64,000 nt of DNA, taken from positions 63,922,001-63,986,000 of the forward strand of contig OZ320316.1 in NCBI GenBank assembly GCA_976226885.1. Reading direction: 5' to 3'. This document shows positions 24,101 through 36,000 of the stretch, one piece after another. Source of the stretch: Iphione sp. A-MEVVRFRX5. Lineage: Eukaryota. The notes under the pieces are model-generated. The model made no database searches, was not told the origin of the DNA, and saw only the letters and a program-made list of their open reading frames with translations. Made by a program: the position numbers and the translations under genes. How positions within the stretch are numbered: the stretch's first letter is position 1; each line of letters opens with the position of its first letter.

Positions 24101-26350
24101 CCAAGCCTGATGGATGTTGTCCGCCTCTAGACCCTCTAACTCGTACATGCTCTGCTGTACACAGCCCGCTTAAACCGAACACGAGAGGCAAAACGTGTCA
24201 CTTTAATCATAAACTTACCACCGACTTCCTGGAAACCATAGACAGAAACCAATACGCCAGAGAATCTAATAATGTTTTATATATGAATATATATGTATTA
24301 ATAGGAATATAAAAGGGTGCAGTGTATATGTATACATTTACAAAAACATACCATGTGCATGCCACTGGATACCTGAAAAAACATACATACCACCGATGAA
24401 CATTCTATCAACACATGACCGATTTTCGTTTTGTTTTTGTCATAAAAATGATGACCCGCGGAACTCCAAACGGTTTTGTCAACAAACCTACACCATGTTA
24501 TTAGGAAGTTATTCTATGTCCTACATGGCGGCAAGGTCATGGGAAGGCCGTGGGAAGAGGCCTTCTGAAAATGACTCGTGAACGCGATGCATACGGAGTT
24601 AGATATGGAGCTCCAATAGCATCCTCCTCAATAGACCGCCCTGTGCAGACCTGCCAATATGAGCCGTCCGGTCTCCTTTTGCCGTCCCCCACTCCCTATT
24701 TATCCCGTTTGCTCAATTTGTCCAGAGAATAGCTTTATCGAGATAACCTTTTCATCAGTGCGCATCCCAACTGGTCGGGGTCCTATGTGGGTCAGGATCC
24801 TTATCTAGAGCGCCGCATTTTTTGTTAGGACAAAAGCGTTCTTTACATGCCGTGTGATAAAAGTCGACTTAATAACTGGGCTGGAGGATACGCCAGATAT
24901 GCACGGCTTGACGGACTCTTTCTACATTCTGGGGCAGTTGACCCTTGAAGGAGATGATGGTGTCCTTTAGGGCAACTCTATTCAGACGGCCTGCTGCCCT
25001 CAGACAGCAGAGCACCTCTGCAGCTGACATGCAACTGGTGCAGTGCACCTATCTCACGTTCGTCCAGTCCAGCGGTTAAGTCTGACCGACCTCAGCCATT
25101 CGAACCACCTCGACGTAGGGCCACGCTGAACAGGCAGGCAGCGATAGAAGGTATTTGAGAAGAAGATGCCGGCAACAAGAGTCATGTGATCTCCTCGGTG
25201 ACAAAGACTGATGGGCAAAGGTCTCAACACGAGCACGGAGATTGAAACAAGGCTCGGTCGTAGTGATGCAGAAGAAATGTCGTTTCTTTGCTGACTGCCT
25301 CGGCCCTTTCCAACCCTTCCATCTGCGCAAAAGAAACTCATTTTCCTGCACTCGGCAAGGGAAAATGAACGGTTTTTGTCTGTGACAAGCTGTAAATTTC
25401 AAAGTGGTTTCTTTCACATAAAAAGGCATATTAATGAAGAAATTGAAGCGGTCAGTTTATACGCATACACGTATATATGGCCGAATTACACCGGTGGCAT
25501 CTCGCGCCCCTGAGACACGCCTACGTGTTAACAACTGTCGCTGCAGGTTTCATTCCTATTCCCTCTTCGGAGGACTTCTCCTGTACGTGGGCCACGATCG
25601 CAGCGCCACCTGGTTGCGAGTGGCAGCTCTAGCACTAATGGAGGAGCTATGGCAGGTAGGCCTAAAAGCCCGACTCTGGGAGGGCGGTCTAATAGCATAA
25701 CTGGTCACCACCCAAGATATAGAGGATGACGGGAAGTGGAGGGCAACTTAGTGAAGGAGCACTGGAGCAGAATGGCGAGAGAACTGCCTGTTGCGCTGCG
25801 GTATCGGTGCAGGCCCACGCACCGTCTGAAGGACAATGCTTGGGCTCTGGAGAGAATGAGAAGGTTTTGCGTCTGCCAACAGTGGTCGCGAGTGAAGGAT
25901 GACTATGAACGACCTCCATGAGCTGCGCACAGACCGCACTTAGCCCAGCCCTATTGGCCACGTGACGGATGGTTTCCTGAATGTCCAGACTAGGGACCTG
26001 ATAACTTAAATTCCATCGGATTCACCGTGCGCCCAGTACGCCATTCGATGCGCAGGTGATGGGACCAATATCCTACGATGACGTCAAACGATCACATCCC
26101 CAACCCACAAAGCAACTCGCAGCAAGGGAGACGAATGGGGAAGGGGGGGGGGCTAGTTCATCACCACTCATGGGTTTCGAAGCATTATTGATCACAAACA
26201 ACCGTGCGGCTGGTCTCCTTTTAAAAATCGTTACCATTTCCCCAGGCGTATATTTCATCTCCATGGCACATTTCATGTCGCATCTATATCGACGTGCACC
26301 AGGAAGACATTGTTTCTCCCGAAAAATCAATACTGCATCTTAAGAATAGC

Positions 26351-26686
26351 TACCTAGTGGAAGATCCCAACTTCAAACAGGGCTTGTGTACTGTCGAGCT
26401 ACTTCAACCCGATCTCAGTGAATTGAACGTAGGAGGTCGTCCACTAATATGCTAAGTACGTTAACTGTCACAGCCATCAGTATCTAGAGGATGCAAAGCT
26501 CCCTACGTCGGACTTGTTGGCCACTTTGCTCAGAACCATCAGGCAGACAAGAAGGCATTTGTGATTCAGAACACAACTGAATTCAACTGGATTCTACAAC
26601 TGCTACCCCAAGCTCTCAACTCAGACTTAAAGCCATTCCCACAAAATGTGATTGAGTACCTCACTGCCACGAGACGCTGGGCATAG
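26351..26686 (+). mobile_element. Heavily decayed Penelope-like retroelement relic (GIY-YIG endonuclease C-terminus)
   Basis: Interrupted reading gives ..LIC/KYVNCHSHQYL/RGCKAPYVG..GHFAQNHQ..AFVIQ..EFNWILQLLPQALN. This follows the order of the PLE consensus as I recall it (CKYV, TCxSxNVIYL, CxxCxxQYVG, HFxxxH, ExFWIxxL..PxGLN), with stops, frameshifts and deletions. Confidence 0.5.
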
Positions 26687-29600
26687 TAAAGTTTTTTTTC
26701 ATGGCCTACGGCGGTTCTTCGACTTGTGAGCAACGATGAGACTATGTCCTAATGTGTGCAAACCACTCCGCACACATTTACAGCTTCTCGCTCTGGCATT
26801 TTAACATCACCGGCGACTGATCACAATCATAAATCATAAGTCTGTGGAATTGAACTGGTGCTGTCTCCACTTAGGTCAGGAAATGAACCGAAATTAGCAT
26901 TAACCATTCAATGCAGTTTCCATACATACCTGCCCTTTCTGATCTGCATATACTGCCGTAGACGATGAATACGATCCAGTTTCTTAACAAACGCCATACA
27001 CATCTTGCAACTTTACAATTCAGTACCCCTCTTATCTTCATCCAGGGCCCTATCCCTCCAAATAAGTATAGGGCGACAGCATACATTACGCTAAGCCTAT
27101 GATGGCATAAGCCCGTCAAGCAAAATCATGAATGTGTTGTTACTCGGCTCTAATATGCCATTCTTGTCCTCAACAGGATCTCGAAGCTTTGCTGATAAGG
27201 CGTGCTAAGTACGTTCTATGCATCTCGATGGAAAGCCGGGCAACATTAGATTCTCGTTTATTTGCCTTCATTTCGGTCCAAATACATGTCAGTAGGGCGA
27301 CATAATGGGTCTGATGTACATTAAATACAAATGTATGCGGATCTTTCTGCCGGTTCCATCATTCCAAAAGAAAATATCCCCAAATCACTCTCAGACTGAT
27401 GCCTATCGAGGGATGTCTCGCCATTTCCACTTGTTTTAAGCCCCCTATAAAATAGTTCTCGTTCCCATTTTTATGCACATTAGATGTCATTCGAAAGAGG
27501 GACGCACCTGTGAATGAGTAGCTGATGTCATACTAGCTGTTCTAAAAATGGTGCGTTGATTACTCCGAAAACGCTGTGCTTACGATAAGCATCTGTCTAA
27601 CTATAGGTGTTCCCCATTACGATAAGCTTCACTGCAACGTAGAGTGCCTCTACGATGCGTTTTATCTACGTTTAAAAAGTTCCTGCGCGAGAAAAAGGTA
27701 GGGCGGGCAGCATTTAACTTCCTAATGCACCATTAACAATTATTGGCACAGAGTCATGGAGATATTGAAGAATACTGGCACACAAAAACACACATTTCTA
27801 AGACTAATGGAATTCAGTAATCACAACGTTAAACATAGACTGGATGTTACTATAGGTTCTGCTGCTACAATGGGTACATACAATTTAGATAGTTAGCTTT
27901 GAAGCGAAGCCAGTTGATTGAAACCACATACTTTTTTCGCCCACGCATTGCTAGAAGCAGTTTCCTAGCAGACTACCTGTCAGATCAGCACCTAGTCGTT
28001 TTCTCCGAATCCATTGTCATTTAAACGATTAATGGAAACGCCCGCCGTGACAGGCGACAGTGTCAAGCCAACCGATGCTTCTTATCGCCACTTTTTGCAC
28101 GCTACCTGCTCATATTGGCAAAACCAGCCCCACGATTGATGATCGACACGTTTCTTCATGTGTTTACCTTTCCAAAAAGCCTCAACAGTGCCCATTCCCA
28201 CGCACCGCTCATACCTGCAAAGCTCTTCTCATTTTTTTTGGTTATTTACAGACGATATTATCGTCGTAGTCTGTGCAAGGCATTTCTTCGGGTACGTTTA
28301 ATGGATTTCATAAGCACGGCTGCAGCATGATCGAGAGTTGGCAGGCCACAAAAAAAAAAACTCCGCGTGGCGCGCCCCAGGTTCCTTGTCCGCCAGCTTT
28401 AATGGCACTTTATGCGCGACCCCTGCGCGCCTACTGGCGATAAGGCGTGAGTGTAAGACCGTGTAAGGAAAACGACAAGGGTGGGCGTGCCAGTTGAAAC
28501 TTGATGTATGGTATTTACAGGCGGGCGCGCCAAGAAAACTCCTCACTGGATGCATTAATGCACGCCGAGCTTCCATCCCGGCTGCCTAGGGCTGAAATTG
28601 GTCGAATCGATCGCCAATTGCTGCTGCCCGCGGCCTCTTCGGAGTCGAGTCTGTCCACTGTTACATACTACGTGGCCAGCCCCTTCGCGTAAAAGCCCCA
28701 GCTCCCTGCGCCATGATTTTACTTGGTCTGTGATGGCAGAGAGGGGAAAACATTGTCAATTACTAATGATTTATGCATGGCCTGGGAGAGCGCGCTCGCG
28801 AAAGCAGTGCTGGGGCGTCGGAGGCCTTTTTATCATTACTGTGTGACCAAAGGTTCCCTTTAGCCAAACGATTATAAGTCACCGAGCTTTATCCTTACAG
28901 CCGAAACGGCTCCAATGTGTTCTTAACATGAGATAAGCTTATGTGCATGCTCTTATGCCAGTGGGTACATGTCTCGGTGCAGTTGGGCGTGCGGTTGCTG
29001 TGGGCCCGGGGTATCCATTCAGCAGAGACTGGGTTCGCTACAGTGATCACCTACTCACCTGGACGTCCGGTTAGGTCACGTGAGTATGTAGCCACCCCCC
29101 CTTCACCCGTACCATTTAAACCCACATAAAACACCCCAGGGACACAGTAGTTAAACAGACGCATGTGAACGGGAAGCTGCACGTCACGCGACCATCCGAC
29201 GTATTAAGCTACTTAGACGAGGCCACGCTGCACTGCTCGGCAATTAAGACTAAACTCCTCGCTCTTAAACACGATGGCTGACACACTTCTTCTCCTCTCC
29301 CAAGTTCAGTTCCAGAAACATGAGCATGTCCCGTTGTTACTTCTAAAAACCATCCATTTCATGATTTTCATGTTACACTGTTTAACAAAGACGCTGCAGT
29401 GTAGTAAAGCAAGTTCCCTAACAAACACCTAAAGATCAAGGATTGACGAATATTTCTCCTGTATGCATCATTTCCTTGAGCATTATTTTGGAGATTTTCA
29501 GCCAGAAAGTGCCAATGAAGTCCGGCATAACATGAAACGCAATGTCTCTGTCTTTCCAAAGACGAGTAGCGCTATGCAGCACAGGCAGTCTTCCTGCGTC

Positions 29601-29809
29601 AATCGGCGTTAAACAGTTGAGTCAACATGGCGCGTCGCCGCCCTCCATTAGACTGATTAAAACCATGACAGGATGTGGATAAGCTGCGACTGGATTTTGG
29701 GGCGGGAACGCTATGTCTTCATGTCGTCTGTTAACTACTGAGATCAGATTCCCTCTCATCCAAGTCAGCTGTATTTGACTGGGGTGGGCATGACAAGTGA
29801 GGCGGTAAG

Positions 29810-29946
29810 NNNNNNNNNNNNNNNNNNNNNNNNNNNNNNNNNNNNNNNNNNNNNNNNNNNNNNNNNNNNNNNNNNNNNNNNNNNNNNNNNNNNNNNNNNN
29901 NNNNNNNNNNNNNNNNNNNNNNNNNNNNNNNNNNNNNNNNNNNNNN
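29810..29946. other. Assembly gap (137 N)
   Basis: N run. GACTGGGGTGG and GGTAAG occur on both sides, suggesting a collapsed tandem repeat. Confidence 0.99.
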
Positions 29947-32322
29947 GCAGACTGAGCGACAGAAAGACTGGGGTGGTAAGCAGAAGTTGGCAACATGGCG
30001 TTGGCAAGTCAACAGGTATGGTAAGCCGGGAGGACTCGCACAACACTCAAATCAATGATCCCAATCACAGGGGCAGTACGGAGGACATATCCTCTAAGCA
30101 GCTGGCTAATTGATTCCACTTACTGCGATTAAACACGGTTATTTATCACAAAGCGTCACACACATGTACATATAAAGATCCATAAAGGAAAGGTATTTAT
30201 CTTGTGGACCGATATATCACAGGTGGTGCAATACTTACAGGCCAAATGTCAGATACGCGAAGAGTCTCCACACTTTTAATCGGCACCGGAGCCGACCTTG
30301 AGCTACCCTTCGGTCATAACACTCTATTAAGTTCTGTCTATAAAGGGAGGGAGAACCGCGCGGATCAGAGGCAGCAGGTTGGCAGAAGACAGCGGCTGAC
30401 TACGTTGGGCAGGTGTGACTTGTACCTGGTGATCCCGTCTGCCTGAGTGCCCATCTTCAGGGACCCAAGCCAGGGAGTCAGTGAGCATGAAGCCCCATTA
30501 AGGCGGCGCAGTGATTGCCCAGTGGTCCTGACGTGTATCATGTCGGCAAGCGGCCCTTGCTCTAGGGGCTGCACAGGGGTACAGCCATACCAGCCACCTG
30601 ACAGCGGGTGCGCTCGATGCCGCCAACAAATGAATAGGTCGACGAGCTTAATACTCGGTTAACGGAGCCCTGACTTGACTTTGGTAGAGAAGGGTGTAAA
30701 AGAAATCGAGTATATTATCCCTTTCTTATATCAAGGACAACCAGGAATAAGACAAAAGGGCAAGGCAGGTGTTGGGAGCCCTGTTGATTTGTGGCGGGGG
30801 GGGGGGCAGTTGGTACTGGTAGATGCTTCGTACATGGAGTTACATCATTTCATTTTACACCTGACGTCCTCCGGGAAGAAGTTGGCCCGGCACTAAAAGC
30901 AACTTTGGTACGATGAAGCAGAGATGAAACAGGCCCGTTCAATCATGGGAGATGGGCGGGGGGTGTTCACAATCCAAATATAAGGCTAGGATTGTGTGTT
31001 GTGTGTACCCAGCACAACATAAGATCACAGATGGGTTTGCAAACTGCTAAGGAGAAGGGATCGATGGGGTTAGTTCTTAAGGGCCATGATCTGCACATAG
31101 CCTCCTGAAAAGATGTACTGCACTTCAAAGACAAACATTCAGATATGGCATATATGTGTGTCCCCTCAAGAGAATGAAACAAGACTCTTTAGGTTTTACG
31201 CCAGCAGATGAAACGCGATGCCTGTGGTCCAAAAAGCCCGCACTCACGAAAAGATCAGACATGCACTCTGATCCGAGACACAAGTAACGTGGCAACTATC
31301 TAAGTAAAGTCTGTTGTATAAAGTGAAACATCATGGTACATGCACCATCTAACTAGGCGGAAAGTACGGACAGGAAGTATCCTGGCAGCCCTGAAGATCC
31401 CAATTCCCTCAAGCCACGAACTGACTTGGATAAGGAAATGGAAGAGGGGTCACAGAGGGGATGTTGGTACTCTCGTCTAATCTTCTACATGGTCTACTCG
31501 TTGCATTTATGGACGGATGCCTGTACCGCACGACCCCCCATCACACATAATTACATATTTTTTAGCATTATAGTATGTACCCTACCTTTCAAATTTATAC
31601 AGAGTTGGACATGAACGTCCTACTCCATCATCATGATATGTGGTATCTTAAATGAATACTTACTCACGTGTCGTGCATTTTCCATCTAGAAAAATTACAG
31701 GAAATCTTCACCCCATGCAGACAAGAGTTAAGGAAGTGTACCTGATATTCCAACTGGTCAGTCATAGTACTATTCACGTGCATGTACATGTACTTAAGCA
31801 GACAGTTACCTTTCCGTTCACATGAGCCTCAATAAGAAAGGCAACAAAGGTTATCTTGAAAACAACCTACGTTCTGACAAAAAAACACTTGTCGGGTGAA
31901 GCGTACTCTCCTCAAAGTATTAGCAGACTGTACGGAAGGTCACCAAATACATGTGGCTATGGTATACAATATATTTTATACAAAATAAATATACACCATA
32001 TAAAATTCAAGTATTTACTACGAGCGCTAAAAAGAATCAATAAAAATAATATAATCATGTCTGTAAATGAACATATTCTTTTCTTCTACAAAAGTAGAAA
32101 TGATTAAAAGAAGTATGAAATGTTTATGTACAGAGTCTAGTTCTAATTTTGGAATTACATAACCGAACTGGTAGGTAAATGAAAACATATATTCATGGCC
32201 GAAAACGTAAATTAAAATGACGTCGGACTCTCTGTGACACTTCATTTTAGAGTTGTAACAGTTGTACTACCAGAAATCTCACTTCTGTGTATCTCTTCGC
32301 TTCTGTGTGTGTGTTTGAGTGT

Positions 32323-32455
32323 NNNNNNNNNNNNNNNNNNNNNNNNNNNNNNNNNNNNNNNNNNNNNNNNNNNNNNNNNNNNNNNNNNNNNNNNNNNNNN
32401 NNNNNNNNNNNNNNNNNNNNNNNNNNNNNNNNNNNNNNNNNNNNNNNNNNNNNNN
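32323..32455. other. Assembly gap (133 N)
   Basis: N run starting inside a (GT)n-like tract. Confidence 0.99.
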
Positions 32456-32678
32456 TTGATGAGCGTGCGCGTAGGTAATTGGGTCCATGGTATTGTGCTA
32501 AGTACTAATGTTTAAAGAGCTCGTGAGAAGGTGAGGACGTTATCGCTCTTATTTCTACTAAAGCCAAATTATGGTCTTACAGCGGTGATGGAAGCATATA
32601 TCCCCAAGTGCCGGCCGGATGGCCTTGTGCCAAGCACTACGCGATGCTCTTTTTCACCTGCCGACCTCTGTTAACGTG

Positions 32679-33030
32679 TCGCCCACGCCCCCGCCGTCGT
32701 CACGTGTAGACTAGTGTCACGCTAGTTCACAGGCAAGGTGAGCAGCGTCTGTCGGCGCCGGCGGGCGGGGTCACGGCGCTTATGGTCTGCGCCGGCGGAG
32801 GATGGCGTGTCCCTCACAGCGCCGCCGATCCAGACATCCATGTCGCCACCGCCGCCACATCTAAATGCAGGGCGCGTGGGAGCCGGACACATAAACACTT
32901 GCACCGGAACCGTGTCGCCGGCCGCCGTCTCAGATCCAGATCGGACCAATCACACAGGAACCCGCATTTGTGGCGTGGGGCGCACCGCACGCCGCCCGCG
33001 CCCAAGTCCACCCTCCAGATGCAAATATTT
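32679..33030. promoter_or_regulatory. CpG-rich promoter-like or enhancer block
   Basis: EGR site CGCCCACGC at 32680, E-box GTCACGTG at 32699, GC box GGGCGGGG at 32763, CCAAT box GGACCAATCA at 32943 and octamer ATGCAAAT at 33019, all in a very GC/CpG-rich stretch. Motif evidence only. Confidence 0.4.
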
Positions 33031-36000
33031 ACATCAATTCGCAACCAACTCTGTCATACAAAGCGACTTCTTCGAGCAGCTCACTGCGAAGAAAGCGGCG
33101 GCTGTATCTAAGGAAGATACACTAAACATGCATCTTCCTACCAGTAAGATTACTGAGCGGACCCAACTGCTTGCCTTTATGTTGGCTAAATCATTAGATG
33201 GATGGCCCGTGATGTAAAGCTTCGGCCATAGCCTATTCAATGACATATACAAGAAAAAATCTCGCTGCACGGCGCTCGGCTGACGTGAGCAAAGATGCGT
33301 GCACTGTTGTGGAACGTAGTTCTGTGATTAACGGCGTGGATAAGAGCCAAGGCAGCGCTCCGTTCACGGATCGTTTAATCAATATCTGTCTGAGAGCATC
33401 CATTGTCGTTTTATCCAGACCATCGGCAATCCAACATGGTCTTTGTCTGACATAGCATTACAGCGGCCAGTCGCCCATCTCCCGTTTTCTTTCTTTAGTG
33501 CAGAAAGGCATCCGCGTCGTCCCGCTGTTCATCATTATCTATGGCGTGTCCTCAACTCGTAGACAAGCATTTAACAATGATCTATCCATATTTAATGGGC
33601 ATTCCACATGACTCACTTACTGTTTTCTTAATCAATCGTGATCAAATGCAAAAGTCGAGTCGACTGCATGGGCCTTTTTCCCTCCGATAATTCATTATTA
33701 AGAAGTGTCTGCCTAACGTCGTCGTTTTAGCCATATGCGGTTGGATACAGTGTGGGCGGCCGGTGGAGGGCGTGCCGTTTAAGGCTGCAAGAGGTGCAAC
33801 ACACCAGCAAGGGACTAATATTGAACACCTGTCAGATAGCCATCAGCTGGCCGCCGTCCCATTCATCAACACTTGAGATCTATACAATAGAGCAGATTGA
33901 TCTATGAGCCCGCGCCTGCCGCTCGCTACTACGACGGCTACTTACAGCTGCTGTGCTGCCCTCTACCGCCCGACACACATCGACCACCACCTTCTATTGG
34001 TCCTTATAGTCTTTTCGCGCCTAGGCGTTCCCTCTCCTAGTCTAGCCCGCCGATACTGTTTAGAAAGAGGAGTCGCTATCTTCATCATATTCTCTCTCAT
34101 ACCAATACATCAGGCAGGCAGACAATAGGGCGTATATCATTTGTACGATAACTATATTTCATATTTTATATATACTGACATTTTAGGAGAACGCGATGCA
34201 CAGAGGGGGGAGAGGATGGACAGAGACAGCTCTTGATTGGAGAGGCAGGGCAGGATAGGCCTGAGAGCGATGCCCCTCATCTGAGCCCTCCAGGGCGCCC
34301 CGACCCCAATTTGCCTTCTATGAGAGGCAGTGGATGCGCCGTCAAACGAAAGAGGCGCACGTATCGAGCATCAATACGCCAGGTTAACTACCTGTCTATT
34401 GTAGCGCTGACCTCCCCGACCCTCCCGACACAAAGCCGCGGCGACAGACAGCCCCGCACCTAGGCTGGGCTGGATGAGAGGCAGGCGCATCCCCAGACAT
34501 GGCTCAACCGCCACTGATAAAGGCCACTTCTAAGCACGTACTGCTGCTGCTACTGCATAGATTACACGCAATAAAAGTTAAGAAGTCCTTATGTAGTTTC
34601 AATGCGGAATGCAATTTTCTTGCAGAATTAGGTCTCCTGTCTGAAGCTATCATAACCATTCCTAAGTTTCAGTTGCTATAGTTGGCTCAGAGGAGGAGAG
34701 GGACTCTTAAGCTTGGTTGGAAGAGCTGTTGTGTGACTACTTAACGAAAACAGGTCCTAGGATTCACTGAATGCGACACAAAATAGGAGATAAAGGAAAA
34801 CATGCGTTGCATTTTGTCAGGGAATTTGGCAGCTTTAAATTACTGCCCTCTAAGCTGTATTGATTCAATGTTGGTCCATGATACCCGGTCTGTTCAGTAG
34901 TGAGTTGTCCGGCGTTATTTTGTAGAACAATCACGTAACGTGTACATGACCCCGTGCCAGCTCTGACCCGAAGCGGGGTGTATTCAGGCTTCACAACTTG
35001 AGACAACATGACTCAAGGCTTGCTTGAGGCTTCTGTTGCCAACGTTTAACCCTGGAAACTAACCTCAGCAGTATTCCGAGCAGCCTGGACTAACCCGCAC
35101 GTTCTAGTCTCCCTCCCTCGACTATTTCTCAAAACAAATCTATGGGCAGGCGTAACCTGACCGACTACCCACACATTTCCGCTTGCAGACAGAGGATAAA
35201 GGGAAATGCCAGTGGTCTATGACAACTAGGTTGAGAGCACGGAGAAAAGAGAGTTCCGTGGGGCTGCAGACTTGCCGTTCCCTATACTTGGATCACAGAG
35301 ACTTCGCGCTGCCAAAGTCAGTGAATGATTCTAGTGCTTGTCTATTCATTATCGCTATAATGGCTGTCGACGCGAAGGCGGCCATCTCATCATGTGAGCT
35401 TCTCACCCACCCAGAGGCTTGCAGCAATTTCCGGCCGGCAATATTCGGTCCCCTGGCGGCAGCGAATGGAGACATGGGTGATGGGTGTGAAACAGGATCC
35501 CCGCCAATGTGGACGAAGGCTGGCTATTAAGGCGAGCTCCGAGGAAAACAGCAACAATTATATAACGCGCATATACATATATATATACACAAATATATAC
35601 GTACACTCATATGAGGCCTGCTAGCCATGTACACAAATTAGTGCTGTGTATACAATCTACACTGCATATACCAACTACGTGTAGTCCATGAGACCTGTTT
35701 GCTGCTATGTTCGAAAATACTCACGCCGAAGGCCGTATTCGGCCTGCAGTGTCGAACAAAGTGTACATGCCTACATACATGCATAAATGTATGTCTGAAT
35801 TCAATATGCAAATAGCCACTTCGAAAACCTACACACGTAAAAAAAAAATGGATATAGCCATCGACATCTATCTATCAGGCCTTCCACCTGTCCACCCACC
35901 ATTCCATATAGCCATCCATAATTACAGTAAAATTTTGCAAATAAGGTAACCCTTTAGTCTCTCTACAAAAACAAACACACATGTAAGACTTTCGAGAGTC

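Noticed and set aside
26730-26770. Hammerhead ribozyme after the PLE relic
   Set aside because: Only CGATGAGAC..GTC is present; the CTGANGA and GAAA core are not intact.
29053-29085. CAG|GTGAGT with upstream CTAAC as a recursive splice site
   Set aside because: No pyrimidine tract, and the branch-like A is only about 13 nt from the AG.
33600-33615. TEAD (CATTCC) + AP-1 pair suggesting Hippo feedback on Fat
   Set aside because: About 28 CATTCC/GGAATG words by hand count versus roughly 30 expected, so no enrichment. This gene is also the Fat2/FAT1-3 class, not the canonical Hippo-pathway Fat/FAT4.
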